This document shows positions 46,247-56,734 of a stretch of 64,000 nt of DNA, in pieces. Position 1 is the first letter of the stretch; every line of letters begins with the position of its first letter. The notes under the pieces are model-generated. The model saw only the letters and a program-made list of their open reading frames with translations, was not told where the DNA came from and ran no database searches. The stretch is from a bacterium (GTDB taxonomy: Bacteria > SAR324 > NAC60-12): positions 320,001 through 384,000 of the forward strand of contig OZ242383.1 in the NCBI GenBank assembly GCA_965209155.1, written 5' to 3'. A program made the position numbers and the translations under genes.

Positions 46247-47347
46247 ATGATTTCATTTGAACTGGAGGCGCAATCCGGTCATGCAAGAAAAGGCCGTATT
46301 CAAACAAGGCGAGGATTGATTCTCACCCCGGTTTTCATGCCAGTTGGTACCCTCGGGACGGTGAGAGCCATGTCCCCGCAGGAATTGAGGGAATTGGGAG
46401 CTTCAATTGTTTTGGGAAACGCCTATCACCTGCATTTGCGTCCCGGTGATGAATTGGTGCATCAATTAGGAGGATTGCATCGATTCATGGGCTGGTCTCA
46501 CCCCATCCTGACCGACAGCGGAGGATTCCAGGTTTTCTCATTGGCAAAGCTGCGCAAACTTTCCGAGGAAGGGGTGGTTTTTCAGAGCCATCTCAATGGG
46601 GACACCATTCTACTCACACCCGAAAAATCGATTAAGATTCAAGAGAACCTGGGTTCCGACATAATGATGTGCTTTGATGAATGCGTGCGACTACCGGCTT
46701 CTTACAAAGAAATTGAAAAATCTCTTGCTCTGACCTCAAATTGGGCAAAACGCTGTAAAAGTGTTCATACGACCTCACAGGCTTTGTTTGCTATCGTACA
46801 AGGTGGGTTGCATCTCGACTTGCGTAAACGCGGTTTGCAAGAATTATTGCAAATCGGTTTTGATGGCTATGCCATTGGAGGTTTGAGTGTCGGAGAATCC
46901 AAAGAAGATATGTATGGAATGCTGGCAGAAATTACTCCCCTGCTTCCGGCAAGGAAACCGCGTTACGTGATGGGTATTGGTGAACCTGAAGATTTGTTGG
47001 AAGCGATCGAATATGGCATCGATATGTTCGATTGCGTGCTGCCAACACGCAATGCCCGTAATGGGTGTTTGTACACCTCGCGGGGGAAAATTTCCGTCAA
47101 ACAAGCACAATACCGGAAGGATCCCTTACCCGTCGACCTGGATTGCGTTTGCTATGTATGCCAGAATTTTTCGCGAGCCTATTTGAGGCACTTGTATCTT
47201 TCCAGGGAGGTCCTTTCAGTGCGCCTGAATACTTATCATAACCTGTTTTTTTACCTGAACCTGGTTGAGAATGCCCGTACTGCTATCGAAAACCAGCAGT
47301 TTGCCGCTTTCAAGCAATCTTTTTTACAAAAATACAATTTAATTTGA
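46247..47347 (+). CDS. tgt: tRNA-guanine transglycosylase
   Basis: TPVFMPVGT, LTDSGGFQVFSL, GGLSVGE, DCVLPTRNARNG, CxCxxC. Confidence 0.97.
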   Translation: MISFELEAQSGHARKGRIQTRRGLILTPVFMPVGTLGTVRAMSPQELRELGASIVLGNAYHLHLRPGDELVHQLGGLHRFMGWSHPILTDSGGFQVFSLAKLRKLSEEGVVFQSHLNGDTILLTPEKSIKIQENLGSDIMMCFDECVRLPASYKEIEKSLALTSNWAKRCKSVHTTSQALFAIVQGGLHLDLRKRGLQELLQIGFDGYAIGGLSVGESKEDMYGMLAEITPLLPARKPRYVMGIGEPEDLLEAIEYGIDMFDCVLPTRNARNGCLYTSRGKISVKQAQYRKDPLPVDLDCVCYVCQNFSRAYLRHLYLSREVLSVRLNTYHNLFFYLNLVENARTAIENQQFAAFKQSFLQKYNLI

Positions 47348-47408
47348 TTTTGTCCGGTCGATCATCTATATTGGATCGTGGCAAATCATTTGCATGAGAA
47401 TTATATAA

Positions 47409-48953
47409 ATGACCATTGAAGGTAAACATAGAATATTTTTCCGTTTAAATGGTTATTTCTTCAGCATGATGCTGAATCCAGTATTTCTTAGTCAGACATG
47501 GATGTCGGACATGAATCAACCGAAATACAGTTGGTTGGGATGGGCAGTTGCCATTTTTATGGTGACTGCCTGTACCGTTTCCGAGTCAAAGCTTCCACTC
47601 GGGGAAACTAACATTCTACACCACCCTCCCGAACAGCATTCCACGAAAAACTCCCAATCTCTTAAGACACAAACCTTAAAAAAAACAAAGATTACCGCGT
47701 CGAAGGACGAAAAAAATCGAGCTCGTTATGACGTACCCATCCTTTATAACAAACGAGTGAACATCATGTTGAGCTTCTATTTGAATGAAGGCTTCGACAC
47801 ATTGACCGCGGGGATCGAACGTTCAGGCAAGTATCTTCCCACAATCAAGAAGATATTCAAAGAAGAAGGCATACCACAAGATCTGGCGTATTTGGCAGCA
47901 ACTGAAAGCAACTACAATCCTCAAGCCCGTTCTCGAGCACAGGCGGTTGGTCTCTGGCAATTCATAAGTACAACGGGACTGCGTTACAACCTCCGTCAAA
48001 ATCAGTGGTTGGATGAACGTATGGATGTCCTCAAGTCGACTCGCATGGCAGCGCGCCATTTGAAACACCTTTATAATAAATTCAATTCATGGGATCTGGC
48101 GCTGGCCGCTTACAATGCGGGAGAAGGACGGGTTCGAAGAGATATCAGAAAAGCTAAAGCCGGAGGGTGGCCTGCGGATTACTGGTCTTTACCTCTGCCT
48201 AAGGAAACGCAACGATATGTCGCCGATTATATGGCTGTTACCATTATTTCAAAGAATTTAGAGGATTACCAGTTAGATCATATTGTCAAAGCACCTCCGT
48301 TGGACTTGAAAACCATCACGCTTTCTACCAATTTTTCATTGCAGGAAATTGCAAGGCGTAGCAAAATGACGCTTGAGGAATTGCGGGAACACAATACGGC
48401 TTTGGTCTTGGGGGTTCCTCCAATCCATCAAAAAAAATACACTCTCCACATACCTCGCGAGCATGAGTTCCACCTGGCCAAGTCCTTAAAAAAACAGCCG
48501 GATCCCGATATACGCTGGAAAATAAATATCAGGGGCTTGAACAAATCTTCCCGGATGTTGCAATACCTGACGAAATATGGAACGGCCATTCAAATTCGCG
48601 TGAAAAAAGGTGACAGTCTCTGGAAGCTTTCGAAAAAATATGACACCACGGTGGACCGGCTCCGGCATTGGAACGGGCTCGATGAGAAAGGATTCCTGAA
48701 AATTGGCCAAAAACTCAAAGTCTATCGTGCCAACGTAAAAGTCTATAATCAATTGTTACGAGCTGTAGCAAAGCGTCAAGAAAAACTTTCCCCCACTCCT
48801 AAAATCATTGTTGTCAAACCAGGCGCAAATTTGTATTCCCTGGCAAAAAAATACCAGGTATCCGTCAAGAAATTGATGCGATGGAACAAATTAAAGAACC
48901 CCAGATTTCTGAAAGCCCACCAAAAATTGTTCGTTTCTGCCCCCACCGCATAA
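47409..48953 (+). CDS. MltD-like lytic transglycosylase with LysM domains; start probably 47511
   Basis: ESNYNP, AVGLWQF, AAYNAGEG, LPKETQRYV; LysM repeats; lipobox VTAC. Confidence 0.9.
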   Translation: MTIEGKHRIFFRLNGYFFSMMLNPVFLSQTWMSDMNQPKYSWLGWAVAIFMVTACTVSESKLPLGETNILHHPPEQHSTKNSQSLKTQTLKKTKITASKDEKNRARYDVPILYNKRVNIMLSFYLNEGFDTLTAGIERSGKYLPTIKKIFKEEGIPQDLAYLAATESNYNPQARSRAQAVGLWQFISTTGLRYNLRQNQWLDERMDVLKSTRMAARHLKHLYNKFNSWDLALAAYNAGEGRVRRDIRKAKAGGWPADYWSLPLPKETQRYVADYMAVTIISKNLEDYQLDHIVKAPPLDLKTITLSTNFSLQEIARRSKMTLEELREHNTALVLGVPPIHQKKYTLHIPREHEFHLAKSLKKQPDPDIRWKINIRGLNKSSRMLQYLTKYGTAIQIRVKKGDSLWKLSKKYDTTVDRLRHWNGLDEKGFLKIGQKLKVYRANVKVYNQLLRAVAKRQEKLSPTPKIIVVKPGANLYSLAKKYQVSVKKLMRWNKLKNPRFLKAHQKLFVSAPTA

Positions 48954-49043
48954 AAAGAAGTTTGAGCTTGTATTTTAAACGAGTTTGCAGCAAGCTTTAT
49001 GAGTCACCTTGTTGAGAATTCAGCAATTATTAAATTCGTATTG

Positions 49044-49192
49044 TAACCTGAATTCGAGAAAAATTTAGAGTAACAGGAGCATCCTCATGTGTATGTCATT
49101 CCGGGTCTTCGCCCAGAATCCAGATTTCAGTCTGGCTGCGTACTGCTGAATTCCTGGTCAAGCCAGGAATGACAAGCTTCGCAGGAATGACA
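49044..49192. mobile_element. MITE/REP-like element related to 43275-43436
   Basis: TAACCTGAATTCGAGA..ATCCTCAT..TGTCATTCCGGG..ATTCCTGGTCAAGCCAGGAATGACA..CAGGAATGACA; no right TIR seen. Confidence 0.62.
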
Positions 49193-49310
49193 GGGATACA
49201 GAAGCTTTTAAAATCCCAGTGCCCACTTTGTAAAGAGGGCATCGGTTTTCAAACCAACGCTGGTGACAGAAGGAATCGGAGCCACCGTTCCAGACCCGAA
49301 AGAATTGAAC

Positions 49311-50432
49311 ATGATAGATGTTGATATCGTTGTCATTGGCGGAGGAATTGCCGGGACTTCGGCTGCATTTGAACTGGCCAATGATTTTAAAGTGATGGTT
49401 CTTGAAATGGAAAGCCAACCCGGCTACCATTCCACGGGTAGATCCGCGGCTCTTTTCACCGAATATTATGGGAACGCTCTGATTCGAAAACTCGCTAGGT
49501 TGAGCAAACCATTTCTGCAATCTCCCCCTAAGGGATTCACGGAATATTCCCTGCTGAATGACCGGGGAGCTCTCTTCCTGGTTCGTGCGGATCAAAATGA
49601 GAAAATGGAAAGGGAAATCCGTACGATCAATGCGGGAGGAGGAAATGTCGAACAGCTTCAAGAACGTGATTTGTTTTCACTTTTCCCGGCATTGAAACCC
49701 GGATATGCCATAGCTGGTATTTATGATCCGCATTCAAAGGACCTCGACGTCCATGCGCTCCATCAAGGATTCTTGCAGTCCATAAGAAAACGTGGAGGAA
49801 TTCTGCAGACAGGTGTCAAAGTGACCGAATTGCGATCTTTGCAGGAAGGTTGGCTGGTAAAAGCCGGAAAAGAAGAGTTTTCCTGCAAGTTAATCGTCAA
49901 TGCCGCAGGAGCTTGGGGAGAAGCAGTTGGTGCCATGGCAGGGGCTAAAAAAATCGGTCTGGTCCCCAAAAAAAGAACGGCATTTCTCTTCAAGCCTCCA
50001 GATCAATACCAAATTGAAAAATGGCCCATGATCAACGACATTGGAGAACAATTCTATTTCAAACCCGATTCCGGAAAATTGCTCGCTTCTCCTGCCGATG
50101 AAACTCCAGTAGCTCCTCATGACGCCAGACCCGATGACCTGGATATTGCGATGGGTATCGAAAGAATTCACGAGGTGGTCGATTTTCATATACGGCATGT
50201 CAGTCATAAATGGGCAGGATTGCGCTCATTCGTGGAAGACCGGACTCCTGTCTTAGGATTCGACCCTCACGTACGAAACTTATTCTGGTTGGTGGGACAA
50301 GGAGGATATGGGATCAAGACCTCTCCGATCATGGCGGTCTGCTGCGCTAACCTCATCCGGGATCACTGCTTCCCCAAGCACGTATTGGAAGCTGGCGTAA
50401 GCGAAGCCATGCTCGCCCCAGGACGTTTGTGA
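49311..50432 (+). CDS. FAD-dependent D-amino acid oxidoreductase (DAO family)
   Basis: IGGGIAG, GYHSTGRSAA, VNAAGAW, SPADET, WAGLRSF, GQGGYGI. Confidence 0.9.
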   Translation: MIDVDIVVIGGGIAGTSAAFELANDFKVMVLEMESQPGYHSTGRSAALFTEYYGNALIRKLARLSKPFLQSPPKGFTEYSLLNDRGALFLVRADQNEKMEREIRTINAGGGNVEQLQERDLFSLFPALKPGYAIAGIYDPHSKDLDVHALHQGFLQSIRKRGGILQTGVKVTELRSLQEGWLVKAGKEEFSCKLIVNAAGAWGEAVGAMAGAKKIGLVPKKRTAFLFKPPDQYQIEKWPMINDIGEQFYFKPDSGKLLASPADETPVAPHDARPDDLDIAMGIERIHEVVDFHIRHVSHKWAGLRSFVEDRTPVLGFDPHVRNLFWLVGQGGYGIKTSPIMAVCCANLIRDHCFPKHVLEAGVSEAMLAPGRL

Positions 50433-50467
50433 AACCTCCTTTCACAGAGAGCCACGAGGGTTGTTTC

Positions 50468-51838
50468 ATGAAATGGTATTTTCGTCTCGCTGGAATTCTG
50501 TTTTTCCTGTCATCCGCATGCGATAATTTGCAAAAAACCGAGTCACTCTCCCCCCTCGAGAAGATACGTCAGCAAGGCGTGTTGATAGTCCTGACTCACA
50601 ATACTTCCACTACCTATTATGAAAAGCAGGATGGTCTGGCAGGATTTGAATATGACCTGGTCACTGATTTTGCGACTCATTTGGGTGTTAAAACCCGGTT
50701 TAAGGTGCTGGAAGACGTTTCAGAGATCCTGGAAGCCATCAAGCAGGGAAAAGGGGATATTGCAGCAGCCGGATTGGTTCGAACTGCAAGACGAGAGCAG
50801 GAATATTTATTTGGTCCTGATTATTACCAGGTTGAGCAACAAGTAGTATGCAACCGTGGCAGAGAATTCCCGGAAAGAATCAGCGACTTGCCGAAATTTC
50901 AAATCACCCTCGTCAAAGACGGAGGTCATGAAGAACGTATGCGTGAGATACAAGATGAAGTGCCTGAAATCCGCTGGTCTGTGGTGTCGGATGCATCCAT
51001 AGAAATGCTCTTGCAAAAAGTATCGAAAAAAGAACTCGAATGCGTCGTTGCCGATTCAAATATCGTGTCAATCAATCTTCGTTATTTTCCCGAATTAATA
51101 GTCGCCTTTTCGCTCACCGACGCTTCACCCCTTGCATGGATCATCCGTCCTGGCGCCGAAGATTTGAGAGATGAAATCCACCAATGGTTGGAAAAGTATG
51201 AATCCGACCACAAGCTCACCTTCTTGAAAGAACGCTATTACAGCTATTTGGCAATTTTTGATTACGTGGACATCCGGACTTTCCACAAACGTCTTTCCAG
51301 TCAGTTACCCCCGTTGTTGCCTCTTTTTAAAAAAGCAGCGGAAAAATACAATCTATCCTGGACCCTTTTGGCTGCGCAAGCCTATCAAGAATCCCATTGG
51401 GATTCGAGGGCAACGAGTCCCACGGGAGTACAAGGGATGATGATGCTGACCCTGACGACTGCCAGACAATTGGGCATCAAAAATCGTTTGGATACGGAAC
51501 AGAGTATTATGGGAGGAGCCAACTATCTCGCTCAACTATTGGATCGTGTTCCTCAAAACGTGCAAGGCGATGACCGTCTGTGGTTCGCGCTGGCCGCGTA
51601 CAATGTGGGTATGGGTCATGTTCATGACGCTCGTACGCTGGCAAAACGATTTGGTAAGAATCCCAACAAGTGGCACGATTTGAAAACCGTCTTACCACTT
51701 TTATCGCAGCGTGAATATTATAAAACATTGAAAAGAGGATATGCCCGGGGTTCCGAACCCGTGCGCTACGTCCAGCGTATCCGTGAATTTCATGATATTT
51801 TGACAGCCACTATGGATTCAGGTCATTTCCCACTTTGA
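50468..51838 (+). CDS. mltF: Membrane-bound lytic murein transglycosylase F
   Basis: SBP-like N-domain GFEYDL; YQESHWD, SPTGVQGMMMLT, AAYNVG, GYARGSEPVRYV. Confidence 0.93.
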   Translation: MKWYFRLAGILFFLSSACDNLQKTESLSPLEKIRQQGVLIVLTHNTSTTYYEKQDGLAGFEYDLVTDFATHLGVKTRFKVLEDVSEILEAIKQGKGDIAAAGLVRTARREQEYLFGPDYYQVEQQVVCNRGREFPERISDLPKFQITLVKDGGHEERMREIQDEVPEIRWSVVSDASIEMLLQKVSKKELECVVADSNIVSINLRYFPELIVAFSLTDASPLAWIIRPGAEDLRDEIHQWLEKYESDHKLTFLKERYYSYLAIFDYVDIRTFHKRLSSQLPPLLPLFKKAAEKYNLSWTLLAAQAYQESHWDSRATSPTGVQGMMMLTLTTARQLGIKNRLDTEQSIMGGANYLAQLLDRVPQNVQGDDRLWFALAAYNVGMGHVHDARTLAKRFGKNPNKWHDLKTVLPLLSQREYYKTLKRGYARGSEPVRYVQRIREFHDILTATMDSGHFPL

Positions 51839-53039
51839 TCACTCCCCCTAAACTCACGTTTACTTCTCCCTGTAATTGGTGCAATTCCATCGATTCAACG
51901 GGGTTATAGTCCGTGGGGGAGGTATTGATCAAAACACCCATACTCAGTCCCCTGACTCTCAGGTTCCTGATGTTGGTAGCTTGTCTCATCAAGTTTTCCC
52001 GTGTCAGGTCATCTCCACATTGTTCGAGGACATGGACCAATGTTTGAGCAACCGCGTATCCATAGAGATTGAATGTGCTTTTACGATCTCCATCGGGATA
52101 GTACTGGTCCATGAATTCCTGCCAGTGAAGAATGTCTTCATGTTTCGCATGTTCGGGATCATAGGGATCGAGCAGGTATCTTGTAGAAATAATACCTTGT
52201 GACTTTTCTAATCCTGCCGGTTCCAGTACACCGGCAATCGAGTTGGAAACGCTATTCAGTAAATGCAAGGGTTGCCATTCCAGTTCATGCAGTTTCTTGA
52301 TGGCCTGCGCCGAAAATTTGGGCGTGGTTACATTAAAAAATATATCTGCTCCCGAAGCTTTCAATTTGATTATTTGAGAATCTATGGAAGGGTCGGTCAC
52401 TTCGTAGCTTTCCGTTGCAACAATCATGGATTCGGCTTTATCACCTAGTCCGTTTTTCAAACCCGTCACGTAGTCTTTTCCGTAATCATCGTTTTGATAA
52501 AGAATAGCGATTTTGCCTTCGGGGCGGTTTTGTAAGAGATAAGTTCCATAAACCGCGCCTTCCACCTGGTAATTGGGTTGCCATCCAATCGTCCATGGAA
52601 AATTTTCAGGATCGCTCCACTTGGTTGCTCCGGTTGCAAGAAACAAATGCGGGACTTTTTGTTGATTGACGTAGCGGTGAACCGCCGAATTGGTCGGCGT
52701 ACCCAGGCTGTTAAATATGGCGAGTACTTCCTCTTTTTCAATCAGTTTACGATATCGTTCCTTGGTTTTAGGCGGACTGTAGCCGTCATCCAGTGAAATA
52801 AAATTGATTTTACGACCATTGATCCCTCCTTCGGCATTGACCTTGTCAAAATAGGCATTGAGGGCTTTGCCAATGGTACTGTATGCAGAGGCAGGACCAC
52901 TGTAAGGATTAGTATTACCAATTTTGATTTCGGTATCGGAGACCCCGGGTCCGTAACTTTTTTGAGCGAATGTAAGACCCGCAGTAAAAATCAGGGAGCA
53001 GAAAAAAAGTCCGGTGAAAAGTTTTATGAATTTTCTCAT
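51810..53039 (-). CDS. Branched-chain amino acid-type ABC substrate-binding protein
   Basis: GVSDTEIKIG..PYSGPASAY, GGINGRKI, DDGYSPPKT, YQNDDYGKD. Confidence 0.92.
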   Translation of the reverse strand: MRKFIKLFTGLFFCSLIFTAGLTFAQKSYGPGVSDTEIKIGNTNPYSGPASAYSTIGKALNAYFDKVNAEGGINGRKINFISLDDGYSPPKTKERYRKLIEKEEVLAIFNSLGTPTNSAVHRYVNQQKVPHLFLATGATKWSDPENFPWTIGWQPNYQVEGAVYGTYLLQNRPEGKIAILYQNDDYGKDYVTGLKNGLGDKAESMIVATESYEVTDPSIDSQIIKLKASGADIFFNVTTPKFSAQAIKKLHELEWQPLHLLNSVSNSIAGVLEPAGLEKSQGIISTRYLLDPYDPEHAKHEDILHWQEFMDQYYPDGDRKSTFNLYGYAVAQTLVHVLEQCGDDLTRENLMRQATNIRNLRVRGLSMGVLINTSPTDYNPVESMELHQLQGEVNVSLGGVIKVGNDLNP

Positions 53040-53159
53040 ATTTCCTCGTTCAAGTATTTCGATAAGATTCCAAGAAAGTTCCATTCTTCAATAAAAGGAA
53101 TGAAACGAATTAGTTATGCTTTTCTTTCAACCCGCAAAGCAATTCAGACTACCCTAACC

Positions 53160-54248
53160 TTACCTCTTTTTGATCACAAAGGATATGGGAATTTTAAAGT
53201 CTGATTTATTTCGTAGATAGGCCACAATCATGCGGACGAGTCCGGAAAATCCGGTTGGCATGACGTAGACCGTTAAAATGAGCAACAAACCAAATACCGC
53301 ATAGGCCAGGTTCCTGGAAAAATTTTCAGCGATATTGGGAATAAATAATACAAATAAAGCACCAAAGACGACTCCCGGAATCGAAGCCATTCCGCCAATG
53401 ACCATCCCGGTCAGAAACATGAATGAAATATAAAAAGTGAAACTGTCGGGAGCAACGAATTCTATGACGATGGCCGACAATGCTCCCGCGATTCCTGCAT
53501 AAAGACTGCTTATTCCAAAAGTGATGGCTTTATATAGAGTGGTGTTGATGCCCATGGATCGAGCGGCGATGGGATTGTCCCGGATCGCGATCATCGCTCG
53601 ACCTGAACGACTGTGGACCAGGTTGCGTGATGCCCACAACAAAAACAAGAGAATCACCAGCATGACGAAATACCACCACTGGTCCATATTCAAAGGAATA
53701 AAGGCAGGAACTTCCGGTCGTATCACATCCAATCCCTGCACGCCGCCGGTGAATGCTTCGAGGTAGCTGGATTTCAGGATTTGAGGAGTGGCGATGCTGA
53801 GGGCGAAGGTAGCCAGGGCCAGGTAGATGCCGGCCAACCTGGTGACGGTAATCCCGAAAAGAAATCCGCTCCCCAAACTCAATACGGCAGCAATGGGAAT
53901 TGTCCAGTAGATCCATAGCTCGAAGCGGTTCAACAATATCGCGGCAGTGTATCCGCCGATCGCATAAAAAGTACTGTGTCCCAGGGAAAATTGACCATTG
54001 AACCCAGTCAATAGGTTCAATCCGAGAATAGCAATGGCATAAATGCCTGCCAAGGTGAATTGAAATACGGTGAACCCAGAAAAAATGAAAGGGACGGCCA
54101 CTGCGATTGCCAGACACGTCGAACAACTCAACCGGTACCATCCTGCAGTCATTGTCCCTGGATTGGTTGCATTTTGAGAGATCATGGAGGTGGCTTCAAA
54201 ATCCGGCGAATCCTGCGATTCTGGAGAATCGATATCAGTCCTTGTCAT
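53160..54248 (-). CDS. Branched-chain amino acid ABC permease (LivM-like)
   Basis: GLNLLTGFNGQFSLGH, GRAMIAIRDN. Confidence 0.92.
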   Translation of the reverse strand: MTRTDIDSPESQDSPDFEATSMISQNATNPGTMTAGWYRLSCSTCLAIAVAVPFIFSGFTVFQFTLAGIYAIAILGLNLLTGFNGQFSLGHSTFYAIGGYTAAILLNRFELWIYWTIPIAAVLSLGSGFLFGITVTRLAGIYLALATFALSIATPQILKSSYLEAFTGGVQGLDVIRPEVPAFIPLNMDQWWYFVMLVILLFLLWASRNLVHSRSGRAMIAIRDNPIAARSMGINTTLYKAITFGISSLYAGIAGALSAIVIEFVAPDSFTFYISFMFLTGMVIGGMASIPGVVFGALFVLFIPNIAENFSRNLAYAVFGLLLILTVYVMPTGFSGLVRMIVAYLRNKSDFKIPISFVIKKR

Positions 54249-54250
54249 GA

Positions 54251-55126
54251 TCAGACTCGGGTAATGATCCTGTGACCAAACAGACCATTGGGTTTGAATA
54301 ACAACACCAGCGTGATCACCAGCAGGGCGAAAGTGAGCTTCAATTCACTGCCAATGAACTCCACGTAAGTGCCAACCAGGTTCTCCAGGACGCCAAACAA
54401 AAAACCTCCACCAATTGCGCCGGCCGGGTTGTTGATGCCCCCAATCAAGGTTGCTGCAAAACTGTAGAGCAAGACCCCTCCCATCATGTTCGGATCCAGA
54501 AAAATCACGGGGGCGATCAACATTCCGGAAACACCGCCAAACGCCGCTGCCAATCCCCATCCCAAGGCCACCATCCAAGCTACTTTTATTCCCATCATGC
54601 GGGCTGCTCCCGCATTCGATGCAGCCGCACGCATGGCAAGACCCATCCTTGTCAAACGAAAAAACGCGTAGATCACTCCCAAAAGCAGGAGCACGACCCC
54701 GACGGAACCAATTTGGTGACCCCCTATCAGGCCATGAAATGAATAGTCCGGAAAAGGACTCGGAAAAGTGCGAATGGTATGATCCCAAATCTCCCCGGCC
54801 AAACTGTTGAAGATGGCAAACAATCCCAGAAAAACGATCAGGTGGCTCAAGTAAGAGGCTTTGCCCAGTGGAGCGAATACCAGGCGTTCGATCACCACTC
54901 CCCCTGTGAAAGACGTCACGAGCGTGATAAAGAAAGCAAGCCAATAAGGCACCCCGTAGTTGGCAATCAGCGTCCATGCGATAAAAGTGCTGAACATGGC
55001 CATCTCTCCCTGGGCGAAATTGATATGGTCGGTGGCTTGATAGATCATCACAATGGCCAGTCCCAGACTGGCATAAATTGCCCCGTTGGCCAATCCTGCC
55101 AGAACCTGTTGTAGAAAAAGCTCCAT
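54251..55126 (-). CDS. Branched-chain amino acid ABC permease (LivH-like)
   Basis: INFAQGE, GLAMRAAA, KPNGLFG. Confidence 0.92.
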   Translation of the reverse strand: MELFLQQVLAGLANGAIYASLGLAIVMIYQATDHINFAQGEMAMFSTFIAWTLIANYGVPYWLAFFITLVTSFTGGVVIERLVFAPLGKASYLSHLIVFLGLFAIFNSLAGEIWDHTIRTFPSPFPDYSFHGLIGGHQIGSVGVVLLLLGVIYAFFRLTRMGLAMRAAASNAGAARMMGIKVAWMVALGWGLAAAFGGVSGMLIAPVIFLDPNMMGGVLLYSFAATLIGGINNPAGAIGGGFLFGVLENLVGTYVEFIGSELKLTFALLVITLVLLFKPNGLFGHRIITRV

Positions 55127-55140
55127 CCCTTCTCCCGCGA

Positions 55141-55854
55141 TCAATACCCAAAATAAGAACGGCGTATCGACAAATCGTTTTCGAATTCCTTCGCTCTTCC
55201 AGACTTCACCACTTTGCCATTTTCCAGCAAATAAGCCTGGTTTGCCAGTTCCAGGGCCAGTATCGCGTTCTGTTCGACGATCAGCATACAGACCCGTTGC
55301 CTTTCATTGACTTGACGGAGGTTTTCAAATACGGCCCTGACCAATTTAGGCGCCAATCCAAAGGAAGGTTCGTCTAACAGTAAAAGGCGAGGACGAAGCA
55401 TCAGGGCTCGCGCAATGACCAGCATCTGTTGCTCTCCTCCACTCAACGCGCCAGCTTGTTGATTGCGACGTATTTTAAGAATGGGAAAGTACCCGTACAT
55501 GCGTTCGACGTCTGCTTCGATTTCTGACTTGTCTTTACGGATCATCGCCCCAAGTCTCAGATTTTCCTCCGTGGTCAACCGTTCGAAGATTTCCCGTCCT
55601 TCGGGTACATGGGCAATACGATGTCGGACGATGATTTCGGTGGATTTTCCCAGCAATGGAATGCCATCGAACAAAATTTCCCCCCTGCTCCGTACCATAC
55701 CACTGATGGCGCGTAACGTGGTTGTTTTTCCAGCCCCATTGGCCCCCAGGATCGTGGTGATATTTTCCGGTTGTAAAGAAAAATCAATCCCGTGTAAGAC
55801 TCGGGTTTGCCCGTAAAACGCTTCCAACCTCTTCACTGCCAATAAGGCGGCCAT
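55141..55854 (-). CDS. ABC ATP-binding protein (LivF-like)
   Basis: GANGAGKTT, LSGGEQQM, LDEPSFGLAP, VEQN. Confidence 0.94.
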   Translation of the reverse strand: MAALLAVKRLEAFYGQTRVLHGIDFSLQPENITTILGANGAGKTTTLRAISGMVRSRGEILFDGIPLLGKSTEIIVRHRIAHVPEGREIFERLTTEENLRLGAMIRKDKSEIEADVERMYGYFPILKIRRNQQAGALSGGEQQMLVIARALMLRPRLLLLDEPSFGLAPKLVRAVFENLRQVNERQRVCMLIVEQNAILALELANQAYLLENGKVVKSGRAKEFENDLSIRRSYFGY

Positions 55855-55856
55855 GG

Positions 55857-56642
55857 TTATCCCTTACCGAGATAGGCGGCAATCACCCCCGGGTCCTCTT
55901 GAATGACTTCCGGGGTGTCGTCCGCGATTTTTTGACCAAAATTGAGCACTGCGACCTGGTCTGAAATTTTCATCACGAATCGCATGTGATGCTCTACGAG
56001 CAAAATAGTTAGATTTTTTTCAATTTGAATTTGTCGAACCAGATCAATCAACTGGCTGATCTCAAAGTGGTTCAGACCACCGGCTGGTTCATCCAGCAGT
56101 AAAAGCTTGGGCCGGGTCGCCAGTGCCCGGGCCAGTTCAACGCGTTTTTGCGTACCAAAGGGCAAAGTCGAGACGGAAGCATGGGCCACTTCGTTCAAGT
56201 TCAAATACTGGAGGAGTTCCATCGCTTCTTCTCGCAGCAGACGATCTTCCTGGCGAGCCCAGGGAAGCTTGAGCGCATTACTGATATAATCACTCTTCGT
56301 GTGGTGATGCCCGCCTACCATCACATTGTCCAGAACACTCATGGATTTGAACAAGGCCAGGTTTTGAAACGTACGCCCAATTCCTACTTCGCAGATTTTG
56401 TAAGTGGGGAGTCTTAAAATGGATTTTCCTTCAAAAAAAATGTCGCCCTCCAGGGTGTCGTAGAGTCGACTGATGCAATTGAAGAGCGTGGTCTTTCCTG
56501 CTCCGTTGGGCCCGATCAAGCCCAAGATCATACCTTTCCGGATCTCAAAAGAAACTCGCTCCAGTGCGGTGATTCCCCCAAACTTCACTGTCACGTTGGA
56601 TACCTTCATTAAAGGCAATCCAGGATCATTGTTGTTGCCCAT
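55857..56642 (-). CDS. ABC ATP-binding protein (LivG-like)
   Basis: GPNGAGKTT, RTFQN, LDEPAGG, VEHHM, AAYLG. Confidence 0.94.
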   Translation of the reverse strand: MGNNNDPGLPLMKVSNVTVKFGGITALERVSFEIRKGMILGLIGPNGAGKTTLFNCISRLYDTLEGDIFFEGKSILRLPTYKICEVGIGRTFQNLALFKSMSVLDNVMVGGHHHTKSDYISNALKLPWARQEDRLLREEAMELLQYLNLNEVAHASVSTLPFGTQKRVELARALATRPKLLLLDEPAGGLNHFEISQLIDLVRQIQIEKNLTILLVEHHMRFVMKISDQVAVLNFGQKIADDTPEVIQEDPGVIAAYLGKG

Positions 56643-56734
56643 TTCAGCGGACCGGGATTGATTTCAAGAATGGATGTGGAGTGGTATTCGTATCTCGATT
56701 GTCGGCTTTTTTTCTGAATGAATGATTCCCGCGA

